This document shows, piece after piece, positions 50,625 to 62,790 of a stretch of DNA of 64,000 bases. The DNA is from Octopus vulgaris. Its lineage: Eukaryota. The first letter of the stretch is position 1. Every line of letters begins with the position of its first letter. The stretch covers positions 4,340,001-4,404,000 of the forward strand of contig OX597823.1 of NCBI GenBank assembly GCA_951406725.2. The letters are read 5' to 3'. The position numbers and the translations under genes were made by a program. A model generated the notes under the pieces. That model had not been told where the DNA came from and did no database searches. It was given only the letters and a program-made list of their open reading frames with translations.

Positions 50625-51569
50625 CCCTTTCGTTACTGTATTTATTCTGGGATACTCTGTGTTTCTCTCAATTACTTTAAATATAACGAAGAATTTAGTA
50701 AAATTCAGCTAATGTTAGGAACATAAATTGTGACTAAGGTTTGGTGGAAGATTTTAATTCAAAACTTATGGAAACAAAACATTTGTACTCAGAGCCTGAG
50801 ATGGTTTCAGCCAGGTTGGTAACAAAAGGGTTAAGTAGCATGTGGTTTCTCTTGACCATGCAGAAAGTTGTAAATATGTTTAACTTATAGCTGTTGCTAT
50901 GTCTACAACTCAGTTAACCCCCTTGTCACTATATTTCTGTTGAAATACGCTGTCTCTTGTTTTATTTAATCTTGAAAATAATGAAGAATTTAATAAAACA
51001 ACTGTCATCATTAAGCTGATATTTGGAACAAATTAATGTAAAACTTTAATGGAAGTTCAATGCAGATCACTTTAACCCTTTAGTGTTCAGATTATTCTGT
51101 CAAATGTGATATTTATTTATTTATATTGTTTTGAATTAATCATGCATTATCTTGTAATTTAGAGATTTCAGTGATGCTATTTTTTAGTTTTAGAATGACA
51201 TGGTAGGGCTGAGGTGAGAGGCGAGAGCTGGTCAGTTTCAATATAAAACAGGTTAAATATTTTGGCCGGATATGGCCAGTTTGAATGCCAAAGGGTTAAA
51301 ACAGGGAGATTGCATTATAGAACCAAAAGTCGTTTCAGGTGGGTCGTTAACCTTTTAGCATTCAGATTATTCTGTCAAGTGTCATGCTTCTTCATTCACA
51401 TTGCTTTTAATTAATCATGCATTATTTTGTAGCTTCGAAATTATAATGATGTGGTTGTATATTTTATAATGACATTGAAAGTTAGATGTGATAGGCTGGT
51501 TCTGGCCAGTTTGAAAATAAAACAAGCAGAATACTTGGGCTGGATACGGCCAGTTTAAATGCTAAAGGG
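50625..51569. mobile_element. Cluster of piggyBac-type MITEs (50625-50830, from 50918, 51076-51295, 51351-51569)
   Basis: TTAA CCC...GGG TTAA termini. 51076-51295 and 51351-51569 are the same family. Confidence 0.82.
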
Positions 51570-52162
51570 TTAAATGAGCAGCAGCAAGCATTGCAATAGA
51601 AATAGGGTTTTATTTGCCTTTTTTGGTTCATACAGTTATCCTTGCTGAATGATAATAGGATGCTTTGACAGGATCCAACATGCCTGAAGACTGCATCATA
51701 TTCCAATGTCTGCTTTGACGGAGATCCTATGGCTGGATACCCTTCTGTACTGGGTGCTTTTTTCATGGCACCAGCTCTAGTGAGGTGACCCTGCAACTGA
51801 GTAGAGCTACAGTAGAGGGAGAGAGAGTAAGAGGTGGCTTTATGTTATGGGATGAGGGGTTTAAAGTGTGACAGAAGAGACTTCTTGCTATGGAGGAGCT
51901 ACAGAGCTGCTCGCATTATAGAAGAGAGGATGGAAATAGCCAAGGGGAAACTGGAAAGATATAAAAATGGTTGTGGTAATAAAAATGGGCCTTCAAAGTA
52001 GAAGGTTAGTAGAAGTGGGTGGGGACGAGAGAACAGGCAGTGTGGGTGGTTAGAGATTATAAGAGTGTAGGAATTGATTTTCTTGATTCCAAATTGCTTT
52101 TGTATTTCTTTTATTATAATTATGTACTTGAATTTATTGAGTTTTTTTTTTTTCTTTTCCAG

Positions 52163-52282
52163 ATACTTTGGGTTGTACAAATAAACTGGTTTCAGTGGTT
52201 ATTGGTAATCATTGGTGCTTCCCTGTCTGGAGGGGTGTTACTCTTCACTTTCTGGCCTGCTGTTAGAGAAGATGAGAAAAAG
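52163..52282 (+). CDS. YIPF1: YIPF1/2-family exon 7
   Basis: ILWVVQINWFQWLLVIIGASLSGGVLLFTFWPAVREDEKK; TFWPAVRED as in YIPF1; canonical sites, phase 0 to 0. Confidence 0.96.
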
Positions 52283-53034
52283 GTAAACGATACAGTTTTG
52301 CTGATTAAATTTTGTAAACCTTTTAATGCATTTATAAGACAGATACATTTATCATCATCATCATCATCACCATCATCATTTAACAGCTGTCTTCCTTACT
52401 GTCCTGAGTTGGATGGTTCAATAGGATCTGACAAGGCACAAGACTGCATCATGTTCCGATGTCTGCTTTGGCATGGTTTCTATGGCCGGATGCCCTTCGT
52501 AATACCAGCTACTTTACAGAGTGCACTCAGTGCCTTTTTTGAGGCACCAGCACTAATGACAGCTTACTTGTAGCTTGCAAAATTAAGGGCCTAAAGTGGC
52601 TCCTATAACTGAGGCAAGAGAGAGAGAGAGAGAGTGAGGATTTTAAGCAGGGTGGTAAGGGAGGGTAAAGATGACAGGAATAGATTTACAGTTACAACAG
52701 GGAGGTAGTGGAGGGTGGACACTAACTGGGAGAGGGAGTACAGCAGGGAACAGAGAGAAGGGAAGGGATTTGTGTCAAGGGGCATTAAGAAAAATGCCAG
52801 GCAGGACAGAGTGAGAAGGTGATAAGGTGGTTTGAGTAGGGTAAGCTCTAGGGCTATCTTGCATTATAAGGGTGAATGTGGAAGGAAGGTGTGATGGAAA
52901 GGGGGTAGTAAGGGAGAAAGTTCTAGTATTGGATTTAGATATAAATCATTTGGATTTACACAAATTTTAAAATCATAAACATGTAGTACTATGACCATCA
53001 CTTGGATGATGGTTCTAGGCTTTCAAAGACATGA

Positions 53035-54030
53035 CATCATCATCATCATCATCATCATTTAACATACATTTTCCATGCTGGCATAGGTTGGACAGTTTGA
53101 CTGATAACTGGTAAGCCAGGGTGCTGCTCCAGCTTCCTATCTGATTTGGCAAGGTTTCTACAGCTGGATGCCCTTCCTAATGCCAACCACTCCAAGAGTG
53201 TGGTGGGTGTTTTTTACATGCCATTGACCTGACACCAGCATCAGCCATGACTCTGGTCTCACTTGGCTTGACAGGTCTACACAAGCATGATATATTGTCA
53301 AAGGTCTCGGTCACCTGTCACTGCCTTCATGAGGCTCAACGCTTGAACGGTGCTTTTTATGTGCTGCCAGTCAGATAGGACTGGCATCAGCCACCACTAT
53401 GATCTCAGTTGGCTCGACAGGTCTTCACAGGCACAGCATATCACCCAACGTTTGAACGGTGCTTTTAACAAACCAATTATGTGACACTGCCATCAGCCAC
53501 AACTACGGTCTCACTTGGATCGACAGGTCTTCTCAAGCATGGCATATCGCCAAAGGTCTCGGTTGCTTGTCTTTGCTTTCATAAGGCCCAACATTTGGAG
53601 ATCATGTTTCACCACCTCATCCCATGTCTTCCTGAGTCTACCTCTTCCACAGGTCCCCTCCACCATTAGAGTGCAACACTTCTTCACATAGCTGTCCTCG
53701 TCCATATGCATCGCATGACTATGCCAGCGCAGTCGTCTCTCTTGCACACCACATCTGATGCCTCTTATACCCAGGATGCTTACACCTCAGGATGCTTACA
53801 CTCTGTCATGCATGGACACTGACACTGTACATCCAACAAAGCATGCTAGCTTCATTTCTTTCAAGCCTATGCTTGTCCTCTTTGGTCACAGCCCATGTTT
53901 CACTGCTGTGTAGCACGGCTGTTTGCACACAGGCATCATACAGTCTACCTTTCACTCTGAGCAAGAGGCCCTTTGTTACCAGCAGAAGTAGGAGCTCTCT
54001 GAACTTTGCCCCAGCATATTCTTATTCTAG
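53035..54030 (-). mobile_element. 5'-truncated RTE-type LINE with (GAT)n tail
   Basis: ORF 53511-53747: QERRLRW...VEGTCGRGRLRKTWDEVVKHDL. Its 3' UTR matches the short (GAT)n-tailed repeats elsewhere in the window. Confidence 0.85.
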
Positions 54031-56146
54031 CAGCCATGCTCTTGGTGCATCCACCTCAGCTACTGACTTGGTCACCTAGGAGTAAAAAATTCTTTACATG
54101 AGGATGACATAGTAGCATGCACCCTGCTTTCACTAGGTGCCCATGTTGTCATGAGTGAACATAGACATCCTCTCTGTCCTCCTATCCTTGGCCCAGTAGA
54201 ACAGTGGGAAAGAGAGAGGGATACATCAGTGCTTGGTTGTTACTTATTCCAGTTGAGCTGACTGGAATAACATAAAAATGAACTTCTTGCTCAAAGATAC
54301 ATTGCACTACCCAATTCAGGAATCAAACCTACAACTTTATGATCACAGACCCAACAACCTAAGTTGTAGGTCACATGCCTTCACTGTGGGTGTGTGTGAT
54401 TTTCTTGATATGTAGCATAGAATTATTTTTTATATTTCAAATATATGCAGAATACAAAAATAACCATGTTTTGGAACTCGGAGGAGCCCCAACATGACAT
54501 TCCTGCTTGTCTACTCTCTTTTTCTGCAAAAAACCCTACATTAATTAAAAAATTCCTTGAAGTATTAAGACAATGGAAACAGCCCAGAATACAGGACAAG
54601 CATTGAAGTTTTCCATCAATTGCTAACCAAATCACTTGATTTTGGCAGACTTTTACTCACAGCATTATAGGTTCTAAGATTATTAACAATATTCAGTTCT
54701 GCTTTTAGAACTGGATTGCCCAAGCGGATAAAAGAATGGTAAATTTCGTAATATTGATTTCCACCTTCATTATGTATTTTCAATTTTTCCCATGCACTAA
54801 TTATAATTTTCAATCAAGGCACAGGTGTGGCTGTGTGATAAAGAGTTTACTTCCCAACCACATGGTCTTGGATTCAGTCCCACTGTGTGGCACCTTGGAC
54901 ATGTGTCTTCTATTGTAGTTCCAGACTGGCCAAAGCCTTGTGAGGGGATTTGGTTGGTGGAAACTGGAAAAAGCCCATCATATCTATGTGTATGTATGTT
55001 TGTATAGGCATAGAAGTGGCTGTGTGGTAAGTAGCTTGCTTACCAACCACCTGGTTCCGGGGTTCAGTCCCACTGTGTGACACCTTGGGCTAGTGTCTTC
55101 TACTATAGCCTCAAGCCGATCAAAGCCTTGTGAGTGGATTTGGTAGGCAGAAACTGAAAGAAGCCCATCGTATATATATATATATGTATGTATGTGTATG
55201 TGTGTCTGTGTTTGTCCCCCCAACATCACTTGATAACCGATGCTGGTGTGTTTACATCCTTGTAACTTAGTGGTTCAGCAAAAGAGACCGATAGAATAAG
55301 TACTAGGCTTACAAAGAATAAATCCTGAGGTCGATTTGCTCGACTAAAGGCGGTGCTCCAGCATGGCCACAGTCAAATGACTGTAACAAGTAAGTGTGTG
55401 TGTCTGTGCATGGGTGATTGTTTGTGTGTTAGCCTTTTTGGCTTCGTTTTGCATGACAGTTGTAAGTGAGTGGCATTGGCAAGGAAGCAGTATCTTTTGT
55501 TTCCAATCTTCCTTGAAAAACATTTCTGGTCTTGGCAGGTGGGGTCATGAGGAATATTACCTTACCTGGAAACAGGTGAAGGTTGTCTACAAGAAAGGCA
55601 TCCAGACGGAAAAATCTGCCTCAATGAATTCTAGCTAACCAAAGTGGGCATGGAAAAGTGGATGCTAAAACGATGATGATGATGATGAATTAACATATCT
55701 GTTTTTTAATGTCTAAATGTTCGTTAATATTAACTTAAGGTGGTGAGCTGGCAGAATCGTTACCATGCTGAGAAAAAATGCTGTCTTTGCATTTTGCAAA
55801 TTCCACTGAGGTTGCCTTTCCCTTTTATCCCTTTAGGGATATGTACCAGTTGAATACTGGGGTTGGTGTAATTAACTTACTCCCTCCCCTGAAATTGTTA
55901 GCCTTGTGCCAAAATTTCAAACTAATATTAATTAGACATAAAATTAATATTTTGAACTTCCAACCTTCATTAACTAACTCTCTCCCTCTCATCACACACA
56001 CACACATGCATGTATGTACAGTAAATAGAAACCTTACATATTTTGTTCCCCGAACAATAACTGGTTGTACATGTTATAAATGTATTTAATATAAGAGTCG
56101 ATTGCTGATCAACAAGTTGTTTCTAATGCCAGACGGAGATTGACAA

Positions 56147-56209
56147 ACGGCCACGGATGGATGGTTTTTGATACTGTTGTTTCATGCTCTGCTGGCTGTG
56201 GGGTTTGTG
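56147..56209 (+). CDS. YIPF1: YIPF1/2-family exon 8 (last TM helix); 5' boundary unresolved
   Basis: LILLFHALLAVGFV followed by a GTAAGT donor at 56210. The start coordinate is nominal because no AG gives an open in-frame exon (see findings). Confidence 0.75.
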
Positions 56210-56619
56210 GTAAGTTCACTTTTATTATTGAGAAATATATTTCCACTCAAATCGACTTTATATTTGAAATACTCAACTTAAATACTGTTCAAAAGGGGAT
56301 GTTTTAATTGCTTGATAATACATGTGAAAAACCATTCGGAAATGTCAAGAAATATATTTAAAAAATCAGGTGACAAATACGTCTCTTTCTGTTTCACTTG
56401 AGAGTGTAATGAAAATTTAAATGTTTTAAAATTTCTTTATCTCATTGGCACAGGCATGATTGTGTGGTTAAGAAACTCACTTTGTAACCATGTGGTTTCA
56501 GGTTCAGTCCCATCATGTGGCACCTTGGGCGAATCTCTTCTATAGCCCTGGGCTAACCAGTGCCTTGAGTGAATTTGGTTGACAGGCACTGTGTAGAAGC
56601 TTGTTTTTGTGTGTGCGTG

Positions 56620-56933
56620 TGTGTGTGTGTGTCCTTTATACAAATCCACAATTTTTCAGTTAGAGGGCTCACACTTTCTATGGTCATTCAAAACCGTCCA
56701 AGGGTGGTCGTGCACATCTTTACATTAAAAAGTCAATAGAAGTGACTGTTTTTGTGGATTTTCTATCCAAAACCCAATCAAAATGCCCGAAACTTGATAC
56801 GCCAATTGAATGCCAGCTAGCTGTATGTGATTGGTCAGAGATTTGGACAGTACTCGCGTGTATGTGCGCACACACGCAGCTGTATATGCATGCACTAGCA
56901 GTATGACCCGGTGTTGCCGGGTCATAATGCTAG
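56620..56933 (+). mobile_element. Non-autonomous Helitron, same family as 13840-14200, inside a SINE
   Basis: GTCCTTTATACAAATCCACAATTTTTCAGTTAGAGGG... to hairpin TATGACCCGG TGTTG CCGGGTCATA and terminal CTAG. Confidence 0.85.
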
Positions 56934-57660
56934 TAGTTTAATAAAAGAGAATAGAATAAGTACGAGACTTAGGAATAAGCACTGGGGTCAATGTGTTTGA
57001 CAAAACTTTCCAAGAATGGTCGAAGTCCAATGACTGAAACAAGTAAAAGACAGATAAGTATGAGTTGTGTGTTTACATGTCTTCCTTGGATTCAGAACTA
57101 CAAAACAAGCGCTAGCATTTATTTTGAGAAATAGCAGTGAAATCTCCTTCAAACCACACCCTGTTGTCTGAAAAGAAAAATAGAAAGTTGAAGCAGTACA
57201 GGCTACAAATAGATGCAGTGAGTGGTGGGGGTGAGTTAATGATTCTAAAATATGTTTGTGTAACATCAAACCGTTTTTCTTCCTCCTTCAATTTCTCTTT
57301 AATTTTTCTTCTCTCACTCTTCCTCTCTATGGAAGATTGTCATCATCATTTAACATACTCCTTCCATACTGGCCATGAAGTACAACATGCTCCAACAAGC
57401 CAGAGGACCTGTGTTTAGTTGCAATGTCTGCTTTGGCATGGTTTCTATGGCCGGATGCCTTTCTTAACACCAGCCACTTTCTACTGCGTACTGGTGCTTT
57501 TTTGATGAAATTGGCAACTAGTGAGGTCACCAGTCCTTTGCAAGACAAAGAAAATGCTCCTTTGACTGAGCTGGGGTTGTAGTAGAGCTGGAGGTTGCTT
57601 TCTGACAGTTGTTATGAGGTCAAAGTATGGTAGAGGAACAGGTTTTGCTACAGAGGTAAT

Positions 57661-57748
57661 ATATGGCTGCCCTGCATTATATAAGAATGGACGGGAGTAG
57701 CTGAGAAGTTACTCACATCCATTCTTATATAATACAAGGCAACCATGT
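57661..57748. repeat. 42-bp imperfect hairpin with a 4-nt loop
   Basis: 57661-57702 versus the reverse complement of 57707-57748: 35 of 42 positions identical by manual count. Confidence 0.88.
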
Positions 57749-58876
57749 ATATGTGATGGGCTTCTTTCAGTTTTCATCTACCAAATCCACTCACAAGGCT
57801 TTGGTCTGCCCAAGGTGCCTTGCAGTAGGACTGAACCTGGAACCATGTGGTTGGGAACCAAACTTCTTACCACATGGCCCATGCCTGTGCTCCAGCATGG
57901 CCACAGCCTAATGAGTGAAACAAGTAAAAGTTAAAATATATATGTGTGTGTATGTATATGTACATATGTGTGCGTATGTATATGTACATATGTGTGTGTA
58001 TGTACATACACACACATACCAATGAGATACATTGCGCTTACACCTGTTACAAATATCACCATACTGTCTTATGTATGTTTATATGTATACATACACTGTC
58101 AAGTGACACCTCTGTATTTTAGCCAGACATGTCAGATATAGTAGCCAATGTTCCCTCAAGTCACATTCTTCTATCTCCTGTTTCTGCTACAATACATCAT
58201 CATCATCATCATTTAACGTCCGTTTTCCATGCTGGCATGAGTTGGATGGTTTGACTGGGGACTGGCAAGCCAGGGAGGGCTCACCAGGCTCCAATCTGAT
58301 CTGGCAGTGTTTCTACAACTGGATGCCCTTCCTAACCCCAACCACTCTGAGAGTGCAGTGGGTGCTTTTTATGTGCCACTGGCATGGAAGCCAGTCGGGT
58401 GGCAATGGCATTGACCACGTTCGAATGGTGCTTTTTATTTGCTCTGGCACAGGACCCAGTCGGAGCAGGTGGGGGGGGGGGACTGGCATCAACCATGTTC
58501 AGATGGTGCTTTTTACGTACCACTGGCACGGGGAGCCAGTCAGGCGACACTGGCAATGACCCACACATGAATGGTGCGTATTGCGTGCCACCAGTACAGG
58601 AGCCAGTCAGGTGGCACTGGCATTGGCCACAACTACAATTTCCATTTTGATTTCAGTTTGATTGAGATTCTGCTTAATAAATACGTTAGTCAAATAAAAT
58701 ATGTAACATTAATCCCTTATTAACTAATCTTCAATCCCCATATTATTTCCTTTTGATTTTTTTTTTTTTAGAAAGATTGTTTACTTTCAGTAATTAGTCT
58801 TTTCATTCAACAGAAATGAATAAAATATTCTGAAGAAATTATTAAATGTGAATTAAAATTTTCTCCTCTTTTGCAG

Positions 58877-58972
58877 CTGTATTTTTTCCATGTTCCAGCA
58901 CCAATTCCTAGTGGTAGTGGTACTACTACGACCACTACTACTGACACACCTTTGACAACAATACACAGCTAA
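58877..58972 (+). CDS. YIPF1: YIPF1/2-family terminal exon 9 (LYFFHVPAPIPSGSGTTTTTTTDTPLTTIHS*)
   Basis: Strong TTTTGCAG acceptor; YFF followed by a Thr-rich tail as in YIPF1; TAA at 58970-58972. Confidence 0.9.
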   Translation: MYFFHVPAPIPSGSGTTTTTTTDTPLTTIHS

Positions 58973-61895
58973 ACAACAACAAAAAATGAAAGAATCTATT
59001 TCAATAAAGCTAAGAAAAGCATTGCTCAAAGATGTCAACAGAGCTGTAAGCAATTCCACTGTGTTATTTGGTGTACCACCCGTCCACATTTGAGTTACTT
59101 TGCACATTAAACATAAAAAGGTTTCTGAAAGTAAAAGTTACAAAAAATAAGTTTAGTTTTAAATACAATAAGATACGAGGTCTATGGCTTTAGAATATAC
59201 TGGAAGCATTTTTAATGTAAGGGAAGGAGTTTAGTTGAAAACTGTATTTGAAATCCTCATTCATACAAGAATAGATTAATTTATCATTTTAGAATGTGGC
59301 TGTGTTTAATGTGTGTGTCCCCCTCCCCCCCAATGTCCATACCTGGTTGGGGAAGTTTGTGAAGTGAATCTTATGGTGAAATTTGAAGATATACCATCAT
59401 AGAAATGGTTTGGCCTGGTATTCATTGAACAGTCAAATTGTGTTGTTTGGTCATTTCTTATGTCTAAATGACTTTTCATAGCAAATGAAATCACCTGAAA
59501 ATGAAGCAAATAGCACTTAAAAAGCTGAATGCATTTCAAATTGTTCAGATATTTTAAAATCACAGATTTCACCACAAAATTTTCTTTCACTATTATATAT
59601 TAATAAAACATATTCTTTTACTTTATATTATGCGAAATGAGTATGGTCCTCTGTTTGGTTAACCAGTTTTCTCCAGATGCATTACTATGTAAATTACTTT
59701 GAGTTAGGAAACATATACCATATGATTTGGAAGAAATAGCCTCAAAACTTAAATGTCACGAATTAAAAACAGGAAATAAAAATAGATTTTTATTTATTAC
59801 AAATTATTTTAGTTTTGTTTACAGGTAATAGTGATGAAGTACTAATAGTTTCATTGCAAATATACCATATTAAACTCTATATCTCTATTCAAATTATTAT
59901 CACATATTTCCCTCTTTTAGTTTCAACCACAACATTTAAAGGCCATTAGAAACCTTGTACGTACATATATACATATATATTCCTGAAATGAAACCCAATT
60001 AAATATGACCCCATAGAGATAAGGCTATCCTTATCTTCAAAGAATTTTAAACATGGAATATGAGTGATGTAATGATACTCCTCTGTGACTTGGAACTAGA
60101 ACCTTCCAATTTTGGTTTTTCATTTCTTTAAAGACTTCAGTTTAGAAACTCAAATCCAAGCCAAATTTTTTCGTAACACTTTATACTTTTCATTTACTAA
60201 ATGTTTCCATATGGTTTTTCAAGTTTTTCAATTTATATCTCTCACCTCATTATTGGAAATGGCTTATATTTAATTCCTGAATATATATATATATATATAT
60301 ACTCTCATGTATGTATGTATATACACACATTTATATACCATACTGTAAAATATGTATGCTTTCTGTGACATAGTCAAAGGTCTCTATTCAATCTAATCTG
60401 GTTTATATTTGTTTCAATACCAGATGATCGTATTTTCAATATACTAAGTCTGAAGTGAGATAATCTTTCATATTTCACATATGGCTTATACACTGCTGCA
60501 AATATCTAAGCCTTTGGAAATTATTTTTAGAACTTTCAATACCTTGAATTTTTTTTTGTTTCTGTTTTTTCATTGTATAAACATCGAAAATTCTGGTTTT
60601 TATATCATTTTTGACGTTTCCTCCCCCACTCTGTCTGTTAAAGCCCTATCTAATTTTTTTGTGTTCTTCATACTATTTTTGGACTTTATATTTTTATTAT
60701 CGGTACAGACTTTGTGCCTGTAGTAGGAAGAATTAGTATTATTATTGGTGGTATTGTTGATATGTAAAAATATGTAAATTAGTTACTACGGCCTCTTATT
60801 ATTTAATATCTTTTAGTTATTTTTTTATTTGTGCCCTCAAAACATTCCATAAAGCAGCTTTCTACAGCCTTAGGACTGAAACATATGAAAGAATAAATGT
60901 GTATATATATATATACACACACACACACACATATACATACTTTATATATATATATGTGTGTGTATGTATGTATGTATGTATATATGTATATATATATATA
61001 TATATATATTTATACACACACACATAATTTTAAAATATGGCTGTTAATACCTTCTAAATATATTTGTTCCCCATTAATTTTGGGCATAAACAGGACTTTC
61101 AACTTAATCTGTCTGCGATAACTTTTGTTACGGTGCCAAGATTTATAAAGCTTGAAGTGAGAAATTCTCTTCAGAAAGCCATATTTATCTTGAAATATCA
61201 GCTCAATGGCTATTTTCTTTTCTGTAATATTTTATTCAATGCAGCAATTTTACACACAAAAATAAAATTTAAAATAAAAACATATGCTTCTACACATTAT
61301 CTGCTAATAACAATATTTACCAGTGAAGAGATTTTGTCTGGAATTTTCAATATTGTTATGACCTATCCACATTGTGTCAATAGAAGTAGCTAAAACAGTT
61401 CTCTCTCAGAATGCAAAACTATCCAATATTGTTGTATGCACCACTTTTCCTTCAAGTGTTTTCATTGGCCTGCATAGATATTTATCAACGCATTTGAATG
61501 ACTTGTATGGATTGGTATGTAATATTCAACTAAGATTCCTTGTTTTGTTTTTTGTCCTTCTGCTGCTCCTACGGAATCACCACACCTTGTTGAATACTCT
61601 GTTTTTGGATTTCAGAGCAGAAATCATTGAATTTTATTGTAACGTTTATTCTACAACATTGAATCAAAAATGGGCATGAAACTAAGAAGCAAGTGAAACC
61701 TAGATGTGTACACACATATCATATGCTGTGTTATGTTTCAGGCTCTGAGGAAGCTATAAGATGTCACATGAGCACTCAACTCTTAGTGCTATGCTTCTTA
61801 TAACAGAAACAGCTGTAAGCTATTGAAAGTGATTACATAACTCCTATTCTTTTGTCATTCATTAATTGAGATATATGCTGTGTTATGTATAAAAC

Positions 61896-61926
<31 letters not shown>

Positions 61927-62437
61927 TTTACTTGCAGTATAGAACATGAAATAGATTTTGTACACACAATCACACACATTCAAAGTGTTCATAAAATATT
62001 TATGTAGTCTCACTTCTATATAAGTATAGATATTCACTCTGCAAAGATTTTGTGAACATCCTGTATGTGCGGACACACATAATTTGTTTATTAAACATTC
62101 CCAGACATCTAATTTATTCTGCTGCCCGTAACCCCAAGTTACTCCAAAATTTTAATTATCCGATAATGTTTTCCAGTTTTCCTCTTTATTTGAAATCAAC
62201 ATGAGAGAGTGACCCCTGGAAGATACCGGCTTCTTCTTATCCCCTGTGTCAGGTGATAATCCCTGTAAGTTTACCCTAGAGTTTCATGTTTTTGTAACAC
62301 TCTCCTATTTGGAACCATATTCTCATATTATAAAATTGATGCTGATAAATACATTGTGATGATTGATGTGGGTAATATTTATATATCCCCTAGTCACCAG
62401 TATTTTATTTAAAAACTTATTGTAATGTAATTGTCTC

Positions 62438-62443
62438 AATAAA
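62438..62443 (+). terminator. Candidate distal polyadenylation signal for YIPF1
   Basis: AATAAA preceded by TGTA motifs and followed by a GT/T-rich tract at about 62487-62513, at the end of a SINE-free stretch. Proximal AATAAAs also exist (about 59003, 59602, 59775). Confidence 0.35.
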
Positions 62444-62559
62444 TGGGTGAATGAACTGAAAAAAAACCCCCAAAAAAACTGGTACATTTGTTTGTTTTGT
62501 TATTTATTTGTGTAGAAAGTAAAAGTGCTTCAAGAATACACTGAAAGCCTTACTGAAGA

Positions 62560-62790
62560 GCTTTGAGATCAACCCCAACCCAAGCACAAGACCATCCTAC
62601 CTGGCACATCTGCACCAATAAAGGTGCCACCTCCTACGAATTGAACAGGATTGCAAGGGACACAAAGAAACGGTGAACTACACAAGTCCAGAGCCCACTT
62701 GTTGCTTTCAGTCCCAACAAACCACCAGTGCCTGACCTGCAGCAGAGCCTTCTGAGCACGCATGAGCCAATCCCACTGTGACTCATCTTC
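62560..62790 (+). mobile_element. Decayed RTE LINE C-terminal fragment
   Basis: AQDHPTWHICTNKGATSYELNRI...HQCLTCSRAF*AR resembles the RTE C-terminus and zinc finger. Confidence 0.65.

Noticed and set aside
52019-52573. 184-aa ORF as a standalone gene
   Set aside because: It is YIPF1 exon 7 plus read-through into intron and repeat sequence; the same applies to ORFs at 45607, 47629 and 50326.
56141-56143. In-frame TGA as selenocysteine
   Set aside because: Yip1-family proteins are not known selenoproteins, the flanking translation does not match the conserved helix, and I recognised no SECIS element.
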